From Clostridiaceae bacterium (GTDB lineage Bacteria > Bacillota > Clostridia > Lutisporales > Lutisporaceae), in contig JAWLHF010000001.1 of the NCBI GenBank assembly GCA_041690515.1, positions 1-62,050 of the forward strand: DNA of 62,050 nt, given 5' to 3'. The notes below the pieces were generated by a model, which was not told the DNA's origin, made no database searches, and was given only the letters and a program-made list of their open reading frames with translations. Positions 36,850 to 46,613 of this stretch are shown in pieces (position 1 is the stretch's first letter; each line of letters opens with the position of its first letter). Made by a program: the position numbers and the translations under genes.

Positions 36850-38145
36850 ATGCTTACATTACTCAAGATTGCCGGATTGGTCTTCGAACGATTCGGAAGC
36901 CTGCTATCGGATGAGTTTTTTTGGATAATCATACTTATCCTGATAATGATATACAAAAAGAGCTCGGCTATGGAGATAAAGATGCTCGGTAGCAGCTATC
37001 CCCTGTTTAAAAAGGTGTTAAGCTCGGTACTGACCGGACTGGCAGGCGGACTGACCGGCAGTATGCTTGTCATCCTTATGGGGATAAGTATTGAAGATTA
37101 TACAATGGCAGGGGAAGGATCCCTTACCGGAGCCATTACATATATATGGATAATAGCTGTCCTGTTGGCAATGATAAATCCAAGATATCTGTGCTTCTCA
37201 TATGCAGGAGGAATAATAGCTCTGATGAGCCTCATATTTGGTTTTCCGAAAGTTTATGTCCCGGGGCTGCTGGCACTTATAGGGGTGCTTCATCTTGTTG
37301 AGAGCTTCCTAATTTGGATGGACGGATACACATACTCCGTGCCTCTGTTTCTGAGAATGAAGGACAGAAGGACAGTTGGCGGGTATATGATGAATAGGAT
37401 ATGGCCCATACCCCTGGTGGTTTTTGCAGTGATGTTTGGCAGAAATGGAGGAGGGGCGAGTTTTGCGGGCTTAATCGATATGCCTTCCTGGTGGCCATTT
37501 CTAAAGCACTCTGCAGCAGGCGGGAGCCGGGAGCTCATATACTTACCCATTATGCTTCCTGTAGTGCTTGGCTATGGAGATATGGCCATAACAAGTTCCC
37601 CTGAGAAAAAATGCAGAAGCTCCGCAATAAGGCTTGGAGGCTATAGTCTGATCTTGATAATCCTGTCATTGGCAGCATCAAAGCTGAAGTTTTTTGCATA
37701 TGCAGCCGCTGTATTTGCTCCTCTTGCCCATGAAATGCTTATTATATATGGAGGGAAAGAGGAAACCGAGGGTGAACCTTGCTTTGCCGCAGGAGAAACC
37801 GGTGTAAAGGTTCTTTATGTGAAAAAAGACTCTATTGCAGAGGATATGGGTATAAAGCCGGGGGATACAATATTGAGAATTAATGGCATCTCCATATACA
37901 GTGAAACACAGCTTGCAGAATTTCTGGGAAGCTGTCCTGTTTACATATGGATTGACGTGGAGAGGCCGGAGCATAAGGTGGTCACTGTCGAACACACGGA
38001 CTATAGGAATGGGAATAGAAGCCTTGGGATACTCGTTGTGCCCCGGAATGCGGAATTCTATTATGAGATAAGCAGCGGAGGTTCTATTTTCAAGAAGCTT
38101 ATAAACAGAATAAGAGGAAAAAGTGATAAAGGTATTGATGTATAA
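36850..38145 (+). CDS. Polytopic membrane protein with a C-terminal PDZ domain (MinJ-like by architecture and position)
   Basis: Multiple TM helices, then DSIAEDMGIKPGDTILRINGI. It sits between ctpA and uvrB, as minJ does in Bacillus subtilis. Confidence 0.6.
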   Translation: MLTLLKIAGLVFERFGSLLSDEFFWIIILILIMIYKKSSAMEIKMLGSSYPLFKKVLSSVLTGLAGGLTGSMLVILMGISIEDYTMAGEGSLTGAITYIWIIAVLLAMINPRYLCFSYAGGIIALMSLIFGFPKVYVPGLLALIGVLHLVESFLIWMDGYTYSVPLFLRMKDRRTVGGYMMNRIWPIPLVVFAVMFGRNGGGASFAGLIDMPSWWPFLKHSAAGGSRELIYLPIMLPVVLGYGDMAITSSPEKKCRSSAIRLGGYSLILIILSLAASKLKFFAYAAAVFAPLAHEMLIIYGGKEETEGEPCFAAGETGVKVLYVKKDSIAEDMGIKPGDTILRINGISIYSETQLAEFLGSCPVYIWIDVERPEHKVVTVEHTDYRNGNRSLGILVVPRNAEFYYEISSGGSIFKKLINRIRGKSDKGIDV

Positions 38146-38180
38146 AAAAGACCTAAGGATTGGATTCCTTAGGTCTTTCA
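38144..38180. terminator. Bidirectional terminator between convergent genes
   Basis: AAAAAA-GACCTAAGGA-ttggat-TCCTTAGGTC-TTTCATTT. Confidence 0.75.
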
Positions 38181-38354
38181 TTTATGGGGATTTCTTCTGG
38201 TTTCCATTGTATAATTAAGGAGTTCGGCAAAGGCATCACGATTTCTGATATTTGCATTTTCAAAGTAGTTGAATACGCTGGTGAATTCATCTGTTCTGTC
38301 TTTTTGTTCTTCATTCAGAAGTTCCTTGGTCTTTGGATTTTTTTTCTCATCCAT
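38178..38354 (-). CDS. Hypothetical 58-aa hydrophilic protein
   Basis: RBS GGGGGA before the ATG at 38354. Translation is MDEKKNPKTKELLNEEQKDRTDEF... No family recognised. Confidence 0.4.
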   Translation of the reverse strand: MDEKKNPKTKELLNEEQKDRTDEFTSVFNYFENANIRNRDAFAELLNYTMETRRNPHK

Positions 38355-38529
38355 GCATATCCCCCATTTCATTTGCGGTTCATTAGTGTATCACATTTCT
38401 CTATTGATACACACTAATATTATAAGTTGCTACAAAAATATAAATATACATTCAGTATTTCTCCTAATAGAATTAATATTCCCGGTAATTTATACTTAAA
38501 TTAACTAATTGACAAGGGAGAGGTATATA

Positions 38530-39639
38530 GTGGCAAATCTATCTTTAAGGCATGTGAAAAAGGTTTATCCCGGTAATGTGACGGCAGTCAAGGATTTCAA
38601 CATGGAGATAGAGCATAAGGAGTTCATAGTACTGGTTGGACCGTCAGGCTGCGGTAAGACAACAACTCTTAGGATGATTGCGGGACTGGAGGAGATTTCC
38701 GAAGGTGAGCTTTACATAGGTGACAAGCTGGTAAATGATGTGGCTCCCAAGGACAGGGATATAGCCATGGTTTTCCAGAATTATGCCTTGTATCCGCACA
38801 TGACAGTTTATGAGAACATGGCTTTCGGCTTGAAGCTTAAAAAAGTCCCAAAAGCAGAAATAGACGAAAGAGTGAAAAAAGCGGCAAAGATATTGGAAAT
38901 AGAAACATTGCTTGATAGAAGGCCTAAGGCATTATCAGGCGGGCAGAGACAGAGGGTTGCACTGGGAAGGGCAATGGTAAGAGAGCCAAAGGTATTCCTT
39001 ATGGATGAACCTCTTTCCAACCTTGATGCAAAGCTGAGGGTACAGATGAGGACGGAGATATCAAAGCTACACAAGAGCCTTGACACTACCTTCATATATG
39101 TTACCCACGACCAGACTGAAGCTATGACCATGGGAACAAGAATAGTCATTATGAAGGATGGTGACATCCAACAGATAGATACCCCGCAAAATGCTTATGA
39201 CAAGCCGGCGAACCTGTTTGTGGCAGGCTTTATTGGCAGTCCGCAGATGAATATCTTCAAAGGTACGGTTGTGGAAGAAGGCGGAAAGCTTGCACTGAAG
39301 CTTACAGACGGGACTGTTATGGGGTTGACTGAAGACAAGGCAGATAAATTAAAGGACAATGGTTATGTGAACAAGGAAGTATATATAGGCATAAGGCCTG
39401 AGCATCTGCATGAAGCGGAAATAGATCCGCTGACAAAGGACTACTCGGTTATCAAGGGGAAGGTTGAGGTTGCAGAGCTTATGGGAGCAGAAACCTATCT
39501 TCACTTTACCAAGTGCGATAAGCAGGTAATTGCAAGGGTTGATGCAAAAACGGCCAAAAGAGCCGGAGATGATGTCGAACTGCATCTGCATTGGAATAAA
39601 ATTCACTTGTTTGATGTTGAGACTGAAAAGTCGATATAA
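38530..39639 (+). CDS. msmK: Sugar ABC transporter ATP-binding protein (MsmK/MalK/UgpC type), orphan
   Basis: GPSGCGKTT, LSGGQRQRVALGRA and FLMDEPLSNLD, plus a C-terminal TOBE-like domain. GTG start 7 nt after AGGGAGAGG. No adjacent permease genes. Confidence 0.85.
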   Translation: MANLSLRHVKKVYPGNVTAVKDFNMEIEHKEFIVLVGPSGCGKTTTLRMIAGLEEISEGELYIGDKLVNDVAPKDRDIAMVFQNYALYPHMTVYENMAFGLKLKKVPKAEIDERVKKAAKILEIETLLDRRPKALSGGQRQRVALGRAMVREPKVFLMDEPLSNLDAKLRVQMRTEISKLHKSLDTTFIYVTHDQTEAMTMGTRIVIMKDGDIQQIDTPQNAYDKPANLFVAGFIGSPQMNIFKGTVVEEGGKLALKLTDGTVMGLTEDKADKLKDNGYVNKEVYIGIRPEHLHEAEIDPLTKDYSVIKGKVEVAELMGAETYLHFTKCDKQVIARVDAKTAKRAGDDVELHLHWNKIHLFDVETEKSI

Positions 39640-39713
39640 AAGTATACTCAGATATGATAAAATAAAAGCGGATGGGATAACCATTCGCTTATATTTTATC
39701 AAGAGGTAATAAC

Positions 39714-40706
39714 ATGGCGGATTTGAAAGAGCTGCTGAAACAGGCGGCGGAGATAATAAAAACAGAAGTAGCTGTTATAACAAGGGATGAGACTATAGTA
39801 TACCCTGAGGACTCCGTTTTTGGCATCACCTATGAAGAGGCATGCAAAAAAGCGGGTAAAAACTACAAGGGTTTTAATATTTACGTGTCCGGTACCGGGG
39901 AAACACGGTTCTTTGTCTGTGTCCAAGGGAACAGATACCATGAATCCGAAGCAGTCAAACTGATAATGCTGCTTTTGAATTCAGTTCTCGGGATAGTCGA
40001 TCCTGCCGGTGAATATTTGCGTAAAGCCCTTGAAGGAGAGTATGATGCTGCGGTGCTTGCAAAGCTGGAGGAATGTTTGTCGTCCAGTCTGCCGGGATAC
40101 TTGATCATGGTTGATAACTATGGAGATTCCAAGGATGATGTTCATGAGATTCTGATCAATACCATGGATGTGAAGATAAGCCTGGTTCATGAAAACAGAA
40201 TAATTGCCGTCACAGCAGAGGAGAACGTCATAGAGGCCTGCAGCGGTTTTGTAAAGAATGTATTGAGTGAACTGTTGATAGAGTGCAGGATTGTGATAGG
40301 CGGAAAGGCGGAATATGTAAAGGAATTGTGCCGTCTGTACAGGAATTGCATAGATGCCTTGTGCCTCAAGCAGATATACAACCTGGGAGACAGTGTCCTG
40401 AATTATGATGCAATGTATGGATATAGGATTGCTTATAATCTTGACCATGAACTGAAGGAATTCATTAGGGGCAGGGTATTTACAGAGGAGTTCAATGAAA
40501 TGATGAACGGAGAGCTTGGAAATACAATAGAGGAGTTCTTTAAGAACAACCTCAACCTTACGGATACTGCGGCTAAGCTCTATATTCACAGGAACACCCT
40601 GCTTTATAGGCTTGATAAGATAAACAAATGTACCGGTTTTGATCTGAAGATGTTTGAGGATAGCTGGCTTTTCAAGCTGGCATGGATCATAAATAAGGAG
40701 AAGTAA
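39714..40706 (+). CDS. PucR/CdaR-like transcriptional regulator
   Basis: The C-terminal HTH NLTDTAAKLYIHRNTLLYRLDKINKCTGFDL is typical of the PucR C-terminal domain. Confidence 0.7.
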   Translation: MADLKELLKQAAEIIKTEVAVITRDETIVYPEDSVFGITYEEACKKAGKNYKGFNIYVSGTGETRFFVCVQGNRYHESEAVKLIMLLLNSVLGIVDPAGEYLRKALEGEYDAAVLAKLEECLSSSLPGYLIMVDNYGDSKDDVHEILINTMDVKISLVHENRIIAVTAEENVIEACSGFVKNVLSELLIECRIVIGGKAEYVKELCRLYRNCIDALCLKQIYNLGDSVLNYDAMYGYRIAYNLDHELKEFIRGRVFTEEFNEMMNGELGNTIEEFFKNNLNLTDTAAKLYIHRNTLLYRLDKINKCTGFDLKMFEDSWLFKLAWIINKEK

Positions 40707-40736
40707 AGAATGCGAAGCATTCTATAGGTGCGAGGG

Positions 40737-41016
40737 CGGGTAACACTGAACACACGGATGTTACACGGAATCGCTTCGCGATTACACGGATGCTTATTAA
40801 TTTCTCAACTAGGATGTCATTCTGAGCGCAGTGAAGAATCTTAACTTTCTTGCTCATCCCATGAGAAATCTTCAAGTATTCCTTTAGGGTCAAAGATCCT
40901 TCGCAAGCTCAGGATGACACAGAGGCTCAAGTCTTTTCCCACCGTGTATTCAGTGGAGTTCAGTGTTTTTCCGCAGGAAAACCGTGTTACCTGTGCTTAT
41001 ACCCCTTAGGAATACT
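40737..41016. repeat. Composite nested palindromic element, copy 1. Core 40816-40918 runs from GTCATTCTGAGCGCAGTGAAGAATC to GATCCTTCGCAAGCTCAGGATGAC. Flanking arms carry ACACGG/CCGTGT repeats and mini-hairpins
   Basis: Internal inverted repeats are seen directly. The element is homologous over its full length to the reverse complement of 46138-46414. Confidence 0.85.
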
Positions 41017-41048
41017 CAGATACCCCGGAATATCGAGATCTCGTAACC

Positions 41049-41076
41049 ATGCGCACTTAGTGCGTATTCTTTTTTG
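41049..41076 (+). terminator. Rho-independent terminator
   Basis: ATGCGCAC-tta-GTGCGTAT followed by TCTTTTTT. Confidence 0.7.
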
Positions 41077-41085
41077 AAATTCCTG

Positions 41086-41114
41086 TTGACATGTATATAG
41101 ATAAATAATACAAT
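41086..41114 (+). promoter_or_regulatory. Sigma-A promoter of uvrBA
   Basis: TTGACA (41086-41091), a 17-nt spacer, then TACAAT (41109-41114). Confidence 0.7.
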
Positions 41115-41119
41115 TATTA

Positions 41120-41133
41120 CGAACAGGTGTTCT
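41120..41133. promoter_or_regulatory. LexA (Cheo) box
   Basis: CGAAC-AGGT-GTTCT matches the Firmicute consensus CGAACnnnnGTTCG. It lies immediately downstream of the -10 element of uvrB. Confidence 0.75.
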
Positions 41134-41239
41134 TATTAAATTGTCACTAATTAGTGGATTAATATAAATATTGCATTTATGTATACCATGAACTGCTGTG
41201 GTATAATTCTTGATGTAATACTTTTTAAGAAGGTGTAAT

Positions 41240-43222
41240 ATGGACAGATTCAAGCTTGTATCAGATTACAAACCAACAGGGGATCAGCCGGAGGCAATTG
41301 AAAAACTGGCGGAAGGAATACTGGCAGGGGACAGCTATCAGACACTTCTTGGGGTAACAGGCTCAGGAAAGACATTTACAATAGCCAATGTCGTTGAAAA
41401 GGTCCAGAGGCCTACTCTTGTGCTGGCGCACAACAAGACACTTGCTGCACAGCTTTGCAGTGAGTTCAAGGAGTTCTTTCCCGACAACTGCGTAGAGTAT
41501 TTTGTTAGTTATTATGACTATTATCAGCCGGAGGCTTATGTAGCCCATTCAGATACTTATATAGAAAAAGAAGCTGACATCAATGACGAGATTGATAAGC
41601 TCAGACACTCGGCAACAGCGGCATTGCTTGAAAGAAGGGATGTCATTATCGTAGCCAGTGTTTCCTGTATCTACGGTCTTGGAGATCCTGAAGATTACAG
41701 GTCTCTCGTTCTTTCTCTCAGAAAGGGCATGATCAAGGACCGGGATGAGGTTCTGAGGAAGCTCATTGACATACAGTATGACAGGAATGATATAAATTTT
41801 GTTAGAGGAACCTTCAGGGTCAGGGGAGATATACTGGACATTTTTCCGGCTGCTTCATCGGATAAGGCAATAAGGGTTGAGTATTTCGGCGACGAAATAG
41901 AAAGAATCCTGGAGATAGAATCATTAACCGGCAATATTATTGGAGAAAGGCAGCATGTATACATATATCCTGCTTCTCACTTCGCCACTACCCAGGCAAA
42001 GCTGGAGGCTGCCATCGGAAATATAGAGCTGGAGCTGGAACAGAGAGTAAAGGAATTGAAGGAGCAGGATAAGCTGCTGGAAGCCCAGAGACTGCTGCAG
42101 AGGACCAATTATGACATAGAGATGATGAAGGAGGTTGGTTACTGCTCCGGAATCGAGAATTATTCAAGGCATATAAGCGGAAGAGCTCCGGGAAGTGCTC
42201 CTTTCACATTGCTGGACTTTTTTCCGGAGGACTATCTGCTGGTAGTCGATGAGTCTCATGTTACCATACCGCAGGTAAGAGGTATGTACTTTGGAGACAG
42301 ATCAAGAAAGGAATCCCTTGTTGATTATGGCTTCAGACTGCCTTCCGCCTTCGACAACAGGCCGTTGAATTTTGAGGAGTTTGAGCAGAGGCTCAATCAG
42401 GTGGTTTATGTAAGTGCCACACCGGCTAAGTATGAGATGGAGCGGAGCACTCGTGTGGCTGAGCAGATAATAAGGCCCACAGGGCTTGTAGATCCTGAAA
42501 TTGAAGTTAAGCCGGTGAAAGGTCAGATAGACCATCTGATAGGTGAGATAAAAGAGAGAGTAGAGAAGAACCAAAGGGTCCTTGTCACTACTCTTACAAA
42601 GAAAATGGCGGAGGATCTGACAGCTTATATGAAGGAGCTTGACATAAAGGTGCAATATCTTCATTCTGATGTCATCACCATGGAGAGGATGAAGATAATC
42701 AGAAGCCTGAGATTAGGAGAATTTGATGTACTTGTAGGTATAAATCTTCTAAGGGAAGGCTTGGACCTTCCGGAGGTATCACTGGTGGCTATTCTGGACG
42801 CCGATAAGGAAGGGTTTTTAAGATCTGAGACTTCCCTCATACAGACAGTAGGAAGAGCGGCCAGAAATGTAGAAGGCAAAGTCATAATGTATGCTGACAG
42901 TATAACCGATTCCATGAAGAGAGCAATAAGTGAGACCAACAGAAGAAGAAAAATACAGATGGATTATAATGAGAAGCATGGAATAGAGCCCCAGACCATC
43001 AGAAAGGCAATACATGAAATCATCGAAGCCACTACAGCTGCAGAAGAGTCCGCAAAGTACGGGATCAAGAGGGATATTGACCATATGAGGAAAGAGGACA
43101 TAGTGAGATTGATATCTGCTTTGGAGGAAGAGATGAAGGATTGTGCGAGAGCGATGCAGTATGAGCGGGCTGCAGAGCTGAGAGATAAAATTATCGAGTT
43201 GAGACAGAAGGTCAAGAAATAG
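41240..43222 (+). CDS. uvrB: Excinuclease ABC subunit B
   Basis: [28 protein letters not shown], helicase motifs and a C-terminal UVR domain (YERAAELRD). Confidence 0.97.
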   Translation: MDRFKLVSDYKPTGDQPEAIEKLAEGILAGDSYQTLLGVTGSGKTFTIANVVEKVQRPTLVLAHNKTLAAQLCSEFKEFFPDNCVEYFVSYYDYYQPEAYVAHSDTYIEKEADINDEIDKLRHSATAALLERRDVIIVASVSCIYGLGDPEDYRSLVLSLRKGMIKDRDEVLRKLIDIQYDRNDINFVRGTFRVRGDILDIFPAASSDKAIRVEYFGDEIERILEIESLTGNIIGERQHVYIYPASHFATTQAKLEAAIGNIELELEQRVKELKEQDKLLEAQRLLQRTNYDIEMMKEVGYCSGIENYSRHISGRAPGSAPFTLLDFFPEDYLLVVDESHVTIPQVRGMYFGDRSRKESLVDYGFRLPSAFDNRPLNFEEFEQRLNQVVYVSATPAKYEMERSTRVAEQIIRPTGLVDPEIEVKPVKGQIDHLIGEIKERVEKNQRVLVTTLTKKMAEDLTAYMKELDIKVQYLHSDVITMERMKIIRSLRLGEFDVLVGINLLREGLDLPEVSLVAILDADKEGFLRSETSLIQTVGRAARNVEGKVIMYADSITDSMKRAISETNRRRKIQMDYNEKHGIEPQTIRKAIHEIIEATTAAEESAKYGIKRDIDHMRKEDIVRLISALEEEMKDCARAMQYERAAELRDKIIELRQKVKK

Positions 43223-43231
43223 AGGTGTAGA

Positions 43232-46066
43232 ATGGCAAAGGATAAAATTATCATTAAGGGTGCCAGAGAGCATAACCTTAAGAACATAGATATAGAGATA
43301 CCAAGAGACAAGTTCGTAGTACTCACAGGTCTTAGCGGCTCGGGAAAGTCCTCCCTGGCATTTGACACAATATATGCAGAGGGGCAGAGACGATATGTGG
43401 AATCCCTTTCTGCCTATGCAAGACAGTTCCTTGGGCAGATGGAGAAGCCTGATCTGGATTATATTGAGGGTTTGTCCCCTGCGATATCCATAGACCAGAA
43501 GACAACCAACAGGAATCCCAGATCCACAGTGGGAACAGTGACCGAGATATATGATTATCTGAGACTGCTGTATGCAAGAATAGGGACTCCTCACTGCCAT
43601 ATCTGCGGCAAGGAGATTTCACAGCAGACGGTGGATCAGATGGTTGATTATATATTAACTCTTGAGCCGGGGAGTAAGATACAGCTTCTTGCCCCTGTTA
43701 TAAAAGGCAAGAAGGGTGAGCACCAGAAGCTTCTGGAGGACATAAAGAAGAGCGGATATGTAAGGGCAAGGATAGATGGCGAAACTGTCGATCTTAATGA
43801 GGAGATTAAGCTGGAGAAGAACAAGAAGCATACCATAGAAGTAATCGTTGACAGGATTGTAGTGAAAGAAGGCATTAACAAGAGGCTGGCAGATTCACTG
43901 GAGACAGTGCTGAAGCTTTCGGGCGGCACGGTCCTTGTTGACATAGTAGGCAAGGAGGAAAGGCTGTTCAGCCAGAATTTCGCATGTGTGGATTGTGGGA
44001 TAAGTATTGAAGATCCTGCCCCTCGTATGTTCTCCTTCAACAGTCCCTTCGGAAAATGCCCTGTGTGTGATGGCCTGGGAGAGCTCCGCAGGATGGACCC
44101 TGATCTTGTAATACCTGACAGATCAAAATCCATATCCGAAGGTGCCATTGAGCCATGGAAGAATTATGATGAGGATACCTGGTATTATAATATACTGGAG
44201 GCTGCCTCAAGGCATTACAATTTCAGCCTGGATACTCCGGTATGCGATTTGGACGACAAGATAGTAGATATGCTGTTGAACGGCAATGGCGGCGAGAAAA
44301 TAAAGGTTCGGTATGAAAGGGAATACGGCAAGGGCGAGGTCATGGTATCCATAGAAGGGGTATTGAATAACCTGGAAAGAAGGTTCAGAGAGACAAAGTC
44401 CGATTATATGAAAAGTGAAATAGAAAAGTACATGTCCTCTACACCTTGTCCCGAATGCAAAGGTGCAAGGCTTAAGAAGGAAAGCCTGGCAGTCAAGATT
44501 GGCAGTTTATCCATAGCAGAAGTATGCGCTATGTCTGTGTATAAGATAAAGGACTTTTTTGACGGACTTGTGCTTACAGAAAAGCAGCAGATCATAGCAA
44601 AGCTTATTCTGAAGGAAGTAAAGGAACGGGTGGAGTTCTTGATAAATGTAGGACTGGAATACCTTACCCTTTCCCGTACTGCCGGTACATTGTCCGGAGG
44701 AGAAGCCCAGAGGATAAGGCTTGCTACACAGATAGGCTCCAGCCTTGTGGGAGTGCTGTATATACTTGATGAGCCCAGCATAGGTCTTCACCAGAGGGAT
44801 AATGACAAGCTGCTGAGAGCCCTCAGGAATCTCACGGATTTGGGAAATACGCTGCTGGTGGTTGAGCACGATGAAGACACCATGCATGCAGCTGATTATA
44901 TTATCGATATAGGACCCGGAGCAGGAGCACATGGTGGACAGATTGTTGCGGCAGGACCATTAGAGACAATATTGGCCTGTGAGGAATCCATCACAGGACA
45001 GTATCTGAGCGGCAAGAAGGTGATACCCGTACCTGAAAAGCGCAGAAAGCCCAATGGAAAGTGGATTGAGATAAAAGGAGCTGCTCAGAACAATCTTAAG
45101 AATATAGATGTAAAAATACCTCTGGGAGTTTTTACCTGTGTAACCGGAGTGTCCGGCTCCGGTAAAAGCACACTGGTAAATGAGATACTGTACAAGGAGC
45201 TTGCCCACAGGCTGTACCGCTCCAAGAGCAGATCGGGAGAGCACAAGAGCCTCAAAGGGATTGAGTATATTGACAAAGTAATTGATATTGACCAGTCGCC
45301 AATAGGCAGGACCCCCAGATCCAATCCTGCTACTTATACGGGTGTCTTCGATATCATAAGAGAAGTGTTTGCCACTACCCCGGAAGCAAAAATGAGAGGC
45401 TACAAGAACGGCAGGTTCAGCTTCAATGTCAAAGGGGGCAGATGCGAAGCCTGCAAGGGTGACGGTATCATTAAGATAGAGATGCAGTTCCTTCCTGATG
45501 TATATGTACCCTGTGAGGTCTGCAAAGGAAAGCGATACAACAGAGAGACCATGGAGGTAAGGTACAAGGGCAAGAACATTTCTGATGTCCTAAATATGAC
45601 AGTGGAAGATGCCCTTGAGTTCTTTGAGAACATCCCCAGAGTGCAGAGAAAGATGCAGACGTTGTATGATGTAGGACTTGGATATGTTAAGCTGGGGCAG
45701 CCCTCTACGGAACTGTCTGGAGGAGAAGCCCAGAGGATAAAGCTTGCCTATGAGCTTTCAAAGAGAAGCACCGGCAAGACTGTATATATACTGGACGAAC
45801 CTACTACAGGACTGCATGTGGCTGACATCCACAAGCTCCTTGGCATACTTGACCGGCTGGTGGACGCAGGAAACAGCATTATAGTCATAGAGCACAACCT
45901 TGATGTAATCAAGAGAGCTGACCATATCATCGACCTGGGGCCAGAAGGGGGAGACCGGGGAGGTACCATCATAGCCCAGGGTACTCCCGAGGAGATATGC
46001 AAAGTAGATGCATCATATACAGGACAGTTCCTGAAAAGGATTATTGCCCGGGACAAGGGTAGGTAA
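43232..46066 (+). CDS. uvrA: Excinuclease ABC subunit A
   Basis: [28 protein letters not shown], zinc-finger CxxC modules, and two ABC signatures LSGGEAQRI. Confidence 0.97.
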   Translation: MAKDKIIIKGAREHNLKNIDIEIPRDKFVVLTGLSGSGKSSLAFDTIYAEGQRRYVESLSAYARQFLGQMEKPDLDYIEGLSPAISIDQKTTNRNPRSTVGTVTEIYDYLRLLYARIGTPHCHICGKEISQQTVDQMVDYILTLEPGSKIQLLAPVIKGKKGEHQKLLEDIKKSGYVRARIDGETVDLNEEIKLEKNKKHTIEVIVDRIVVKEGINKRLADSLETVLKLSGGTVLVDIVGKEERLFSQNFACVDCGISIEDPAPRMFSFNSPFGKCPVCDGLGELRRMDPDLVIPDRSKSISEGAIEPWKNYDEDTWYYNILEAASRHYNFSLDTPVCDLDDKIVDMLLNGNGGEKIKVRYEREYGKGEVMVSIEGVLNNLERRFRETKSDYMKSEIEKYMSSTPCPECKGARLKKESLAVKIGSLSIAEVCAMSVYKIKDFFDGLVLTEKQQIIAKLILKEVKERVEFLINVGLEYLTLSRTAGTLSGGEAQRIRLATQIGSSLVGVLYILDEPSIGLHQRDNDKLLRALRNLTDLGNTLLVVEHDEDTMHAADYIIDIGPGAGAHGGQIVAAGPLETILACEESITGQYLSGKKVIPVPEKRRKPNGKWIEIKGAAQNNLKNIDVKIPLGVFTCVTGVSGSGKSTLVNEILYKELAHRLYRSKSRSGEHKSLKGIEYIDKVIDIDQSPIGRTPRSNPATYTGVFDIIREVFATTPEAKMRGYKNGRFSFNVKGGRCEACKGDGIIKIEMQFLPDVYVPCEVCKGKRYNRETMEVRYKGKNISDVLNMTVEDALEFFENIPRVQRKMQTLYDVGLGYVKLGQPSTELSGGEAQRIKLAYELSKRSTGKTVYILDEPTTGLHVADIHKLLGILDRLVDAGNSIIVIEHNLDVIKRADHIIDLGPEGGDRGGTIIAQGTPEEICKVDASYTGQFLKRIIARDKGR

Positions 46067-46137
46067 GAACATATAAGAAGAATGATGGGGTATGCGGACG
46101 CATCATGGTTGCGGGTTACGAGTTGCGGGTGGTACCT

Positions 46138-46414
46138 GAGTATTCCTTAAGGGCATAGGCACGGGCAACACGGTTTCCCTACGGAAAAACACTGAATTAC
46201 ACTGAGTACACGGGGGGATAATACTTGTTGCCGTGTGTCATCCTGAGCTTGCGAAGGATCTTTGACCCTCAGGGAATACATGAGGACTATAATAGAATAA
46301 GTCCATATGGTAAGATTCTTCGTTGCACACAGAATGACAAGCATATGGTATAACTAATATTACCGTGTAATTCCGCAGGAATTCCGTGAAATAGCCGTGT
46401 GTTCAGTGTTATCC
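46138..46414. repeat. Composite nested palindromic element, copy 2, inverted relative to copy 1 (core 46237-46337)
   Basis: Its reverse complement aligns with 40737-41016, including an identical block of 30 or more nt, GGGTCAAAGATCCTTCGCAAGCTCAGGATGACAC, and TTCAGTGTTTTTCCG. Confidence 0.85.
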
Positions 46415-46434
46415 GTTATTATACCCATACAAAT

Positions 46435-46464
46435 AAAAGACCCAGCTAAGGGTCTTTTATTTTA
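46435..46464 (+). terminator. Rho-independent terminator
   Basis: AAGACCC-agctaa-GGGTCTT followed by TTATTTT. Confidence 0.75.
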
Positions 46465-46613
46465 TCCTCAAAAACATATTATAATAATTTGTCCTGTTCT
46501 TGTAATATATTGCACTATGACAAAATTTTGCAGGGAATTTAGTAAAACTTGGAGAATTAGTACTGCAATTGAAAATACAATATATTGAAATGTCTGTATT
46601 CAGGGAGGTAAAT

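Noticed and set aside
36850-38145. The PDZ membrane protein as a site-2 (RseP-like) metalloprotease.
   Set aside because: No HExxH motif is present; HLVES and HEMLI lack the second His. The MinJ-like architecture and position fit better, and this is held at low confidence.
40700-41020. Whether the repeat elements (40737-41016, 46138-46414, 61042-61147) are IS elements or prophage att sites.
   Set aside because: No transposase, integrase or phage gene occurs in the window, and the elements are too short to be autonomous. They were kept as non-autonomous palindromic repeats of unknown mobility.
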